Shown here: one piece after another, positions 10,710-17,933 of the stretch
How positions within the stretch are numbered: the stretch's first letter is position 1
How the letters are laid out: each line of letters begins with the position of its first letter
Source: Acidimicrobiia bacterium
Lineage (GTDB): Bacteria; Actinomycetota; Acidimicrobiia; Spongiisociales; SHLN01
Direction of reading: 5' to 3'
Assembly: GCA_041619515.1 (NCBI GenBank)
Contig: JBFKDW010000029.1
Span: forward strand, 1 to 32,150
Length of the DNA: 32,150 bases
Notes under the pieces: generated by a model
Seen by the model: the letters and a program-made list of their open reading frames with translations, nothing else
What the model was told of the DNA's origin: nothing
Databases searched by the model: none
Made by a program: the position numbers and the translations under genes

Positions 10710-12098
10710 CTAGGCGGCGTCCTGGTCGGGCTGCTCGGCAGCGGCCGGCATTGGCAAGGTGAACGAGAAGACGGAGACGCCGTCGAGACGCTCGTACGAC
10801 AACTCGCCGCCCATGGCCGCTGCCAGCATGCCGGCGATGAAGAGCCCGAGGCCGACGCTGCCGGTCGTGAGCGGAGCCTCGCCCTGATGCACGAAGCGGC
10901 TGAACAGGCGCTCGATCAGAGGTTCGGGCACGCCGTCGCCGTCGTCCATGACACTGATCGCATACCGGCCCTCCCTCGCCCGCCCCTCGATGGCGATAGT
11001 GGGCCCACCGTGCTTGGTGGCGTTGCTCACCAGGTTGCGCACGAGCTGGCCAAGGTGGTGCCGGTCGATGCTGAGGACCGCCGGCTCGCAATCGACCGTC
11101 AGCTGGAAGCCCTGGCGACGGAACAGATCGATCGATGAGTCGACCACCGTCCGCACGTCCAGGTCTTCGAGAACCAGCTGCAGAGATCCGCCTTCGTTCT
11201 TGGCGGCGGTCAGAAGGTCGTCGACCATTCGGTTGAGCTCGCTGGCTTCGGACAGGATGACGCCGGTGGTTTCGGCCAACATCTCGAACTCGACGTGCTC
11301 GGGCCCCTGGTTGAGCATGTCGTCGAGGACCATCGCAAATCCGAAGATCCCGGTGAGCGGGGTGCGGAGCTCGTGCGAGAGATTGGCGACGAACTCGTCT
11401 TTGGTCCTAACCAGCTCCCGCTCCTGCTTCAGCGCCAGTTGCAGATCGGCGTTTCGCTGGCGGCGGCGCATGGCACTCCGGAACACGAAGAACGCAACTG
11501 CCGGCACGAGCAGGGCAACGCCCAGGCTGGCGAGCCGGGCAATAGTGCCGGCCGTGGTGCGAAGCGCCGCCAGCCGGCTGGCGGCCTGATTGCGCTCGCC
11601 GGCAATGACCTCGTTGAGCCGGTCGAGGTCGGGAAGTACTTTGGAGGTGGCCAGCGACTCGGCGGCCGCCACCTCACCCGCCCGGATGGCTTCGGCCGCG
11701 CCGGCCACCGAATCCTCCACCGCGGCAATCGAGCCCGTGATCAGCACGCTCGGCTCGCCGAGCTCGGCAGCCCATTCTGCAACGCCGTCGCTGAGGTTGG
11801 ACACGTTGGCTTCGAGCCCGGATACGGCTGCCTCGAGGTCGGGGACCTGAAGACCGCCGGCCGAGGACCGGGCGAGCACAAGTGCCACGCCCAGGTCGGC
11901 CCGGGCTACTGCGCTGATGGTGAGGAGTTGCTCGGACTGGCGGACGAGGTCTGCATCGGTGGCGTACTGCTCTGTCTGGGTGCCGGTGGCGAACGCGATC
12001 GACAGCCCTACCAGAAGGCCGATGAGGCCGACGGCAGCGCCGGAAGCGAGGCCGGAGAGCCGCGAGCTCTCGGCAGGTGCCTCAGGTAGTGCATCCAC
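10710..12098 (-). CDS. Membrane sensor histidine kinase (2 TM, helical extracytoplasmic sensor, HisKA + HATPase), ~462 aa
   Basis: H-box FVANLSHELRTPLTGI, N-box LVRNLVSNATKHG, G1 DDGDGV, G2 GSVGLGL, two TM segments. Start set at GTG 12098 because the track start (12233) overlaps the divergent gene; exact start uncertain. Confidence 0.9.
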   Translation of the reverse strand: MDALPEAPAESSRLSGLASGAAVGLIGLLVGLSIAFATGTQTEQYATDADLVRQSEQLLTISAVARADLGVALVLARSSAGGLQVPDLEAAVSGLEANVSNLSDGVAEWAAELGEPSVLITGSIAAVEDSVAGAAEAIRAGEVAAAESLATSKVLPDLDRLNEVIAGERNQAASRLAALRTTAGTIARLASLGVALLVPAVAFFVFRSAMRRRQRNADLQLALKQERELVRTKDEFVANLSHELRTPLTGIFGFAMVLDDMLNQGPEHVEFEMLAETTGVILSEASELNRMVDDLLTAAKNEGGSLQLVLEDLDVRTVVDSSIDLFRRQGFQLTVDCEPAVLSIDRHHLGQLVRNLVSNATKHGGPTIAIEGRAREGRYAISVMDDGDGVPEPLIERLFSRFVHQGEAPLTTGSVGLGLFIAGMLAAAMGGELSYERLDGVSVFSFTLPMPAAAEQPDQDAA

Positions 12099-12105
12099 AG
12101 AGTGT

Positions 12106-12132
12106 CTTTCGGCCGGTGAGGGCGCTGCCTCA
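12106..12132 (-). promoter_or_regulatory. Putative sigma28-like promoter TGAGG-N14-GCCGAAAG, 7 nt before the kinase GTG (leaderless)
   Basis: Motif and spacing read directly from the minus strand; no SD before GTG 12098. Confidence 0.5.
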
Positions 12133-12146
12133 AGGTTTTGCGAGCT

Positions 12147-12158
12147 GTGACTAGTCAC
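12147..12158. promoter_or_regulatory. Perfect 12-bp palindrome GTGACTAGTCAC in a divergent intergenic region, possible operator
   Basis: Perfect dyad lying between two divergent sigma28-like promoter candidates. Confidence 0.35.
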
Positions 12159-12192
12159 TCCGGATGTCGCCAGATTGGTGTGCGTCCGGCCA

Positions 12193-12219
12193 TTGGGTTT
12201 CTGAGGTTTTGGCCGATGT
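12193..12219 (+). promoter_or_regulatory. Putative sigma28-like promoter TTGGG-N14-GCCGATGT, 6 nt before ATG 12226 (leaderless)
   Basis: Motif and spacing seen directly; no SD. Shares GGGTTTCT...GCCGAT with the upstream region of the paralog. Confidence 0.5.
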
Positions 12220-12225
12220 GATGTC

Positions 12226-13485
12226 ATGGCCAACCGAACCGCCGTCCTCGTATTCGCAGCCGCTACGGCGATGCTCCTCGCTTCCTTGTCAGTCAGTGCG
12301 CAGGTGGCACTGGCCGACTTTTCTCATGCACATCGCTCATACGAGGCGGCGCTGGCTGAGATCGGGGCAATCAAGGACGCGGCGTGGTCCGCGATGGATG
12401 CCGCCGCGGCCGAAGCCGAAAGCGGAATTGCCGCCGCCACCGAGCAGGGGGACGCCGAAGCCTCCCTCGACCGGGGCGTGCGTACCGTCGAATCGGTGTA
12501 CTGGACGGCTGCCGAGGATCTGTGGCTGGTGGCGGAGGACTCCGGGTGGGCTGATCCGGTGACCGCGGCAGCCTGGGAGGCAGCTGAGGCACTCGAAGCT
12601 CATGGGTATCAGCTGGTCGGGTCCATCAGGGGCCACTACGAGGCGTGGGTTGAAGCAAACTCGGCACCGGACGAGGATGCCGTCGTCGCCGACATCGAGC
12701 GCAAGCTGGAGAACGGGCTGATCATGATCACAGAGATCGTGGCCGACACCGGCGAGGCACTGGAAGATGCCGACGACGCCGCCGAGGCAGACACCGCCCG
12801 CGATGCAGGCTTGTCTGCGGTCGACGAGCGAGTCGGCATCACCACCAACCGGCTCGACAATCAACTCGCCCGCCTTCCCGACAGCTCGGCGGTCCAGGAT
12901 GCTCATGCCCGCGCGTTGGAGGAGCTCACCGCCGCCGGGGCGGCGGCTCGAGGGGCAGTCGCAGACCAGCACTCCGAGTGGATTGCGGCCCACACGCCCA
13001 CCCTCCCGCCTCCGACGATTCCCCCGACCACGACCACCACGACGGTTGCGCCGACGACCACCACGACGGTTGCGCCAACGACCACCACGACGGTTGCGCC
13101 GACGACCACCACGACGGTGCTGCCGTCTCCGGCGCAGCTTCCCCCGACCGAGCCGCCGTTCAAGTCCGACGCCTACATGCCGGAGCTCCCGGATCCGGTG
13201 GTGTTGTCGGCTGCGGTTTCCTCGGCTCAAACCGCAGAGTCAGCCATGGCGACCATTGGGCTGGTGCGCCGCGTCATCGATTCCCAGCTACCTGCGGTTG
13301 TATCAACCGTGGCGGTCGGGCCGCTGGTCGTGCTCGGCTTGATCATCGACGCCATCCGCGCGGCAGGTGCCCTCATGGCGGTGCCGTGGCTGCTCCTCGG
13401 CCTGTATATGGCAGGACTTCTTCGCCGGGCCCCGAGCTCGAATCCGGGCCGGGTCGCTCGGGTTTCTCTGCTCGGTCGCCGATAA
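12226..13485 (+). CDS. Secreted/membrane-anchored acidic helical-repeat protein with Pro/Thr-rich stalk and conserved C-terminal membrane domain (paralog A), 419 aa
   Basis: Signal-like MANRTAVLVFAAATAMLLASLSVSAQVALA, Ala/Glu/Asp-rich body, PTTTTTVA repeats, hydrophobic C-terminus and basic tail. Clear similarity to the next gene. Confidence 0.88.
   Translation: MANRTAVLVFAAATAMLLASLSVSAQVALADFSHAHRSYEAALAEIGAIKDAAWSAMDAAAAEAESGIAAATEQGDAEASLDRGVRTVESVYWTAAEDLWLVAEDSGWADPVTAAAWEAAEALEAHGYQLVGSIRGHYEAWVEANSAPDEDAVVADIERKLENGLIMITEIVADTGEALEDADDAAEADTARDAGLSAVDERVGITTNRLDNQLARLPDSSAVQDAHARALEELTAAGAAARGAVADQHSEWIAAHTPTLPPPTIPPTTTTTTVAPTTTTTVAPTTTTTVAPTTTTTVLPSPAQLPPTEPPFKSDAYMPELPDPVVLSAAVSSAQTAESAMATIGLVRRVIDSQLPAVVSTVAVGPLVVLGLIIDAIRAAGALMAVPWLLLGLYMAGLLRRAPSSNPGRVARVSLLGRR
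13030..13118 (+). repeat. 24-bp intragenic tandem repeat (ACGACCACCACGACGGTTGCGCCR, ~3.7 copies) encoding TTTTTVAP
   Basis: Units at 13030, 13054, 13078 and a partial unit at 13102. Confidence 0.93.
13458..13485 (+). promoter_or_regulatory. Putative sigma28-like promoter TCGGG-N15-GCCGATAA, 7 nt before ATG 13493 (leaderless)
   Basis: Exact sigma28 -10 consensus GCCGATAA at 13478-13485, whose TAA is also the stop codon of paralog A; no SD. Confidence 0.55.
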
Positions 13486-13492
13486 ACGTGCC

Positions 13493-14758
13493 ATGGGGAA
13501 CCGGGCGGCATTTCTCGTACTAGCAGCAGCGGGCGCCATGCTGGCTGCCTCCTTCGGGCTGCATTCCGAGGCGGCGTACGCCGAAAGCTCTCCGTCCGAC
13601 GCTATCAACGAGATCGGTGCTATTCAGGATGAGGCGTGGGACGGGATCGACGCGACCGTGGCGGCCGCCGCTGCTGAGCTCGAGGACGCAACCACTGTCG
13701 ACGAAGCCAAGGCGATACGTGATCTCGCCGAGGCCGCAGTCGACGGCGCATTCGATCAGGCCATCCACGACATGAGTCACGTAGTCGCGGCCGCCGACGA
13801 TCATCCAGACGTCGAGGCCGCCTTCGATGCGGCCAAAGATGCGCTCGACGAGCATGCGGCGGGTGCCGAGGGCGACATCAAGGCCCTCTACGACGACTGG
13901 AAGTTCGAGCACGAGGCGCCGCCCGCCGCAGAAGTCATCTCCAAGATCGACGAGAAGCTCACCGACGGTCTCGAGAGGCTCGATGGCATCCTGGAGCGGT
14001 ACCAGGACGACCTCGCCCAAGCCAAGGGGGTCGAGGAGGCGGACGCCGACCGCGACAAAGCGCTGGAGGACATCGCCGATCGCTACGCACGAGTTGCCGA
14101 TGACATCGACGATGCGCTTTCCGAGCGGCCGTTCGATCCCGAGGTGGTCCAGGCGCACTCCTCAGCCGTGTCGCGCCTGGATTCCGCAGCAGCCGATGCC
14201 GACCACTCGATCCGGGCGATGCACGAGGCCTGGCCGGCGGGCACAACGACGTCCACGACCGTCCCAAGGCCTCCGGCTACGAGGCCGACCAGGCCGGTCC
14301 CGCCGCCTCCGACCACGCCGTTCACCCGGCCTCCGACCACAGGGCCGACGACGACCACCAGCACCCCGACATCGTCAACGACCACCACCACGCTGAATCA
14401 GGCCGCACAGTTGCCTTCCACCGGGCCGTCGGAACCAGGGGGCCCCGCAGCCGCTCCCGATCCGGACCCGGCGGTGCTGTCGGACACCGCGGCGCGTTCT
14501 GTCGCCGATCCAGGCGACGGAACGATGGCCGCGGTTGGCTTTGTGCGGAGAATCGTCGACTCCCAGCTGCCGACAGGCGTTGCGACCGTCGCCGCCGGCC
14601 CGCTGGTGGTGCTCGGCCTGGTCATCGACGCCATCCGGGCGGCGGGCGCCGTCATGCTGGTGCCATGGCTGCTCCTGGGTGTCTATATGGCGGGGCTCCT
14701 GAGCGCCCGCAGCAGTCGGAAGAGCACGACGAGCCAGCCCGGCCGCCTGCATGGGTGA
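13493..14758 (+). CDS. Secreted/membrane-anchored acidic helical-repeat protein (paralog B), 421 aa
   Basis: Start set to ATG 13493 (MGNRAAFLVLAAAGAMLAASF aligns with the paralog A N-terminus). Pro/Thr-rich stalk; C-terminal 59 aa are 46/59 identical to paralog A. Confidence 0.88.
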   Translation: MGNRAAFLVLAAAGAMLAASFGLHSEAAYAESSPSDAINEIGAIQDEAWDGIDATVAAAAAELEDATTVDEAKAIRDLAEAAVDGAFDQAIHDMSHVVAAADDHPDVEAAFDAAKDALDEHAAGAEGDIKALYDDWKFEHEAPPAAEVISKIDEKLTDGLERLDGILERYQDDLAQAKGVEEADADRDKALEDIADRYARVADDIDDALSERPFDPEVVQAHSSAVSRLDSAAADADHSIRAMHEAWPAGTTTSTTVPRPPATRPTRPVPPPPTTPFTRPPTTGPTTTTSTPTSSTTTTTLNQAAQLPSTGPSEPGGPAAAPDPDPAVLSDTAARSVADPGDGTMAAVGFVRRIVDSQLPTGVATVAAGPLVVLGLVIDAIRAAGAVMLVPWLLLGVYMAGLLSARSSRKSTTSQPGRLHG

Positions 14759-14767
14759 GACGCTCCG

Positions 14768-17014
14768 CTAGGCGAGCCCGGTGTCGAGCAAGCGCACTGC
14801 TCCGCTCTTGTCGAGTGGGTCGTTGAAGTTGCCGCATTTGGGCGACTGGACACAGGAAGGGCAGCCTGCTTCGCACGGGCAGTCACGGATCGCCTCGAGT
14901 GTCGCCGTCAGGAGGCGGCGGCCGTGGTCATAGCCAACCGGAGCGATTCCCGTCCCGCCCGGATAGCCGTCGAAAATGAACCAAACCGGGCCGCCGATCT
15001 CCGGGTGCATCGGAGTCGACAACCCTCCGATGTCCCATCGGTCACATATCGCGAACAGCGGCAGCATGCCGATGGCGGCGTGCTCGGCGGCGTGGAGAGT
15101 GCCGGGCAGATCCGCCTGTGAAACCGAGGCGGCCGACACCAGCGAATCAGGCACCTCGAACCAGAACGCCTGCGTCTCATACCGGCGAGAAGGGAGGTCG
15201 AGCGGCTCGTAGCCGAGGATATGGCGGGTTCGGATCTCCCTTCGCTGGAAGGCAACCACCGACGACTCGACTTCCACACGTCCGTGGGCCAATCCGAAGC
15301 GCCCCAGCTGTGTGTGAGCGATGATCTCCCGCAAGCCGATCCACTTCTCCTCCTTTGGCTGGGTGTAGTACCCGACCGATGCCGGCTGCACTCGCGCTTC
15401 CCGCAACGCCAGGTCGAGAGTCTCGACGAGGAACGTCTCTCCCTGATGCAGGTAGATCGCCCCGGCGTGCGCTTGCATGAACGCAGCTCCCTCATCGAGG
15501 GTGCCGAGCAGCTTGCCGGTGGAATCATCCACGATCCGGTACGGACCCCCGCCGGAGGACCGTATTCCGACATCGGGGGCAGGTGAGCGCCTGCTTGCCC
15601 AGTACAGCTTCCCGTCCCTGACGCGCAGTCGCTCCTCCCTGGCCAGCTGGGCGGCTCGCTCCTCGAGGTCTTCACCCAGGAACTCGCGGTCTTCGGGGGT
15701 GAGGGGAAGCTCGTAGGCAGCACAGCCGACGTGAGCGGCGAGCACGTCGGGATTGGCGGGGTTGACCACGGCGGCCTCGGGCGGTCGGTCGAACAGCTCC
15801 TCCGGGAGATTCATGAAGTACTGGTCGAGTGCATCCTGTCCTCCCACCAGCACGGCTAGGGATTCGTCGACGGTGCGGCCCGCTCGCCCGGCCTGCTGGC
15901 GAAAGGAGGCGATGGTCCCGGGGTAGGTAGTGAGGACGGCGGCGTCGAGGCTTCCGACATCGATGCCCAGCTCCAGCGCATTGGTCGTGACGACGCCCCG
16001 CAACTCCCCGGCGAACAGCCGGGCTTCGATCTTGCGGCGCTCAGCCGGCAGGTATCCGCCGCGATAGGCGGCGACTGTGTCGGCCACCTCAGGCGACAGC
16101 CGCTGCTTCGCCCATCGGTACATGAGCTCGGTGCCTTTGCGGCTGCGGGTGAAGGCGATCGTGTGCAAACCACGGTTGATGAGATCCAGGAACACATCGG
16201 TGGACTCTCCGAGCGCCGAGGCCCGGCGTCCGTCGCCCTCCTCCGTGAGCGGAGGGTTCCAGAGCACGTAGGTCTTGGCCCCGGTGGGTGACCCGTCCTC
16301 ATCGATCACCTCGGCCGGCAGCCCGGTGAGATTGCGGGCCAGGTCACCGGGATTGCCGATGGTGGCGGAGGTGAACGCGAATGTGGGCTGGGCGCCGTAG
16401 TGGGCGGCGAGCCGGCGCAGCCGCCGCAACACGAGGCTGACGTGACTGCCGAAGATGCCCCGCAGCATGTGCATTTCGTCGACAACCACGAACTCGAGGC
16501 GCGACAGGAACGAGGACCAGCGGCCGTGGTGGGGGAGGATGCCGACGTGGAGCATGTCCGGGTTGGTGAGCACCACGTTGGCGTGGCGCCGCACCCAGGT
16601 GCGCTGGTCGGCGTCGGTGTCTCCGTCGTAGGTTGCCTCGGTCATCGACGGCACTGCCAGCTTGTGGATGGACCGGAGCTGGTCCTGTGCCAGGGCCTTG
16701 GTCGGGTAGAGAAGCAGGGCGGTGGCGCCCTCGCCCCCGGCGAGCGACTCGATGATCGGTAGTTGGTAGCACAGCGACTTGCCGGAGGCGGTCCCGGCCA
16801 CGATCACGGTATTGGTTCCTGCCCGGATTGTCTCGATTGCCCGCACCTGATGCCGGTAGAGGCGTTCGACGCCCAACTCGGCGAGGCGGGCGGTGAGGGC
16901 GGGGGCGAGCGGCGGGTCGAGGGTTGCGAAGATGGGCCCGGCCGGACCTATCTTTTCGACGTGGACGACGCGGCTCTCCGGTGCCTGCATCCACTCACTG
17001 ACGATGTCGTCCAT
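14768..17014 (-). CDS. DEAD/DEAH-box helicase with C-terminal DUF1998 zinc-binding domain (Hrq1/SftH/MrfA-like), 748 aa
   Basis: LYRHQ, AGTASGKS, PTKALAQDQ, DEMH, SAT, LELGID, QQAGRAGR, HAAEHA, FDGYPGGTG, CPCEAGCPSC. Confidence 0.95.
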   Translation of the reverse strand: MDDIVSEWMQAPESRVVHVEKIGPAGPIFATLDPPLAPALTARLAELGVERLYRHQVRAIETIRAGTNTVIVAGTASGKSLCYQLPIIESLAGGEGATALLLYPTKALAQDQLRSIHKLAVPSMTEATYDGDTDADQRTWVRRHANVVLTNPDMLHVGILPHHGRWSSFLSRLEFVVVDEMHMLRGIFGSHVSLVLRRLRRLAAHYGAQPTFAFTSATIGNPGDLARNLTGLPAEVIDEDGSPTGAKTYVLWNPPLTEEGDGRRASALGESTDVFLDLINRGLHTIAFTRSRKGTELMYRWAKQRLSPEVADTVAAYRGGYLPAERRKIEARLFAGELRGVVTTNALELGIDVGSLDAAVLTTYPGTIASFRQQAGRAGRTVDESLAVLVGGQDALDQYFMNLPEELFDRPPEAAVVNPANPDVLAAHVGCAAYELPLTPEDREFLGEDLEERAAQLAREERLRVRDGKLYWASRRSPAPDVGIRSSGGGPYRIVDDSTGKLLGTLDEGAAFMQAHAGAIYLHQGETFLVETLDLALREARVQPASVGYYTQPKEEKWIGLREIIAHTQLGRFGLAHGRVEVESSVVAFQRREIRTRHILGYEPLDLPSRRYETQAFWFEVPDSLVSAASVSQADLPGTLHAAEHAAIGMLPLFAICDRWDIGGLSTPMHPEIGGPVWFIFDGYPGGTGIAPVGYDHGRRLLTATLEAIRDCPCEAGCPSCVQSPKCGNFNDPLDKSGAVRLLDTGLA

Positions 17015-17053
17015 CGGGGCCGATCGTAGGGCGCCCTCGTGACAGAAACCGCC

Positions 17054-17635
17054 CTAGACCTGCTCGCGATGGCGGATGAGTGCGGGAAGGGTGCGGAGGA
17101 GAATGCCGAGGTCGGTGAGCAACGACACCCGGTCGAGGTAATCCAAATCGACGGCGAGGTGCTCGGTGAGTATCCGTCCGTCGCCCCGGGCGTGGAGCTG
17201 CCACGGACCGGTCAAGCCTGGTCGCACGAGGTGGCGCCGGGTCACCTCCCCGTTCAGCTCTGAGGCGGTGACCGGATCGAGTGGGCGGGGACCGACCAGA
17301 CTCAGGTGGCCGAGGGTGACATTCCACACCTGCGGGAGCTCATCGAGGCTGGTGCTGCGCAGCCATCTGCTCAGCCGCAGCTGTCTGCCTCGAAGGTCCG
17401 TCTGGTGGTCCTTTCTGGTGTTGACCCGGTACAGGTTGAACCGCCGGCCGTTGCGTCCCATCCGGGCCACCCGTTCGACCGGAGCCCAGCCAAACGCAAC
17501 CCAGGACATTGTGATCAGCACCAGCACCAGCGGAAGGGTGAGGACCGTCAGAACGAGGCCGCCGATGCGGTCCAGAATCGGCTTCGCAAATCGGGCGTAT
17601 GCGCTCAGTTGGGCGCGGTCGAGATCGGTCTTCAT
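17054..17635 (-). CDS. Stand-alone divergent monotopic PGT-like (Bac_transf) protein, ~193 aa
   Basis: KPILD, SLDELPQVWNVTLGHLSLVGPRP, PGLTGPWQLHARGDGR; KFRTM is replaced by RVNTR. ATG 17635 lies 8 nt after TACGGT; ATG 17641 is the alternative start. Confidence 0.88.
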   Translation of the reverse strand: MKTDLDRAQLSAYARFAKPILDRIGGLVLTVLTLPLVLVLITMSWVAFGWAPVERVARMGRNGRRFNLYRVNTRKDHQTDLRGRQLRLSRWLRSTSLDELPQVWNVTLGHLSLVGPRPLDPVTASELNGEVTRRHLVRPGLTGPWQLHARGDGRILTEHLAVDLDYLDRVSLLTDLGILLRTLPALIRHREQV

Positions 17636-17679
17636 TCCCATTCACCGTAGTCAAACCGCGGCCCGTTGACCACTTACCT

Positions 17680-17706
17680 TCAGGCGGGTAGGGGCGGTGC
17701 CGATGA
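17680..17706 (+). promoter_or_regulatory. Putative sigma28-like promoter TCAGG-N14-GCCGATGA, 6 nt before ATG 17713 (leaderless)
   Basis: Close to the FliA-type TCAAG-N14-GCCGATAA pattern. Confidence 0.55.
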
Positions 17707-17712
17707 AAGAGC

Positions 17713-17910
17713 ATGGCTATACCCATCTTCCTCGTCATACTCCTCGGCGCCCTCCTCAATGGTGGCACCGCCGTGATGGAAGGCGACGATGTCGCTCAGC
17801 ATGCGCTCTTCGGGGCGGCCGCCGGCGCCGCCGCCGTCGGCATCCTTTTTTGCGTCTTCTGGGTGCTCGGGCTGTTCATCGACTTCGACTTCTCCACGTT
17901 GAGCTGGTAG
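17713..17910 (+). CDS. Small two-TM membrane protein, 65 aa
   Basis: Two hydrophobic stretches, GC-rich third positions, fits the gap before nhaA and has its own promoter motif. Confidence 0.7.
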   Translation: MAIPIFLVILLGALLNGGTAVMEGDDVAQHALFGAAAGAAAVGILFCVFWVLGLFIDFDFSTLSW

Positions 17911-17933
17911 GTCACGGGTAACCTTCCCGGGCG

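Noticed and set aside
12146..12159. TGTGA-N4-TCACT as a CRP/GlxR site
   Set aside because: CRP-family sites need a 6-nt spacer; kept only as an unassigned palindrome.
13030..13118. Possible CRISPR-like repeat
   Set aside because: Contiguous 24-bp units with no spacers, in frame inside a CDS, and no cas genes.
14411..14425. LPSTG in paralog B, a perfect LPXTG
   Set aside because: It lies roughly 50 aa before the hydrophobic segment rather than adjacent, paralog A has LPPTE, and no sortase is in the window.
14768..17014. DUF1998 helicase as part of a DISARM or Druantia defence system
   Set aside because: It is a single Hrq1/SftH-type gene at its usual housekeeping locus, with no methylase, PLD nuclease or other defence genes nearby.
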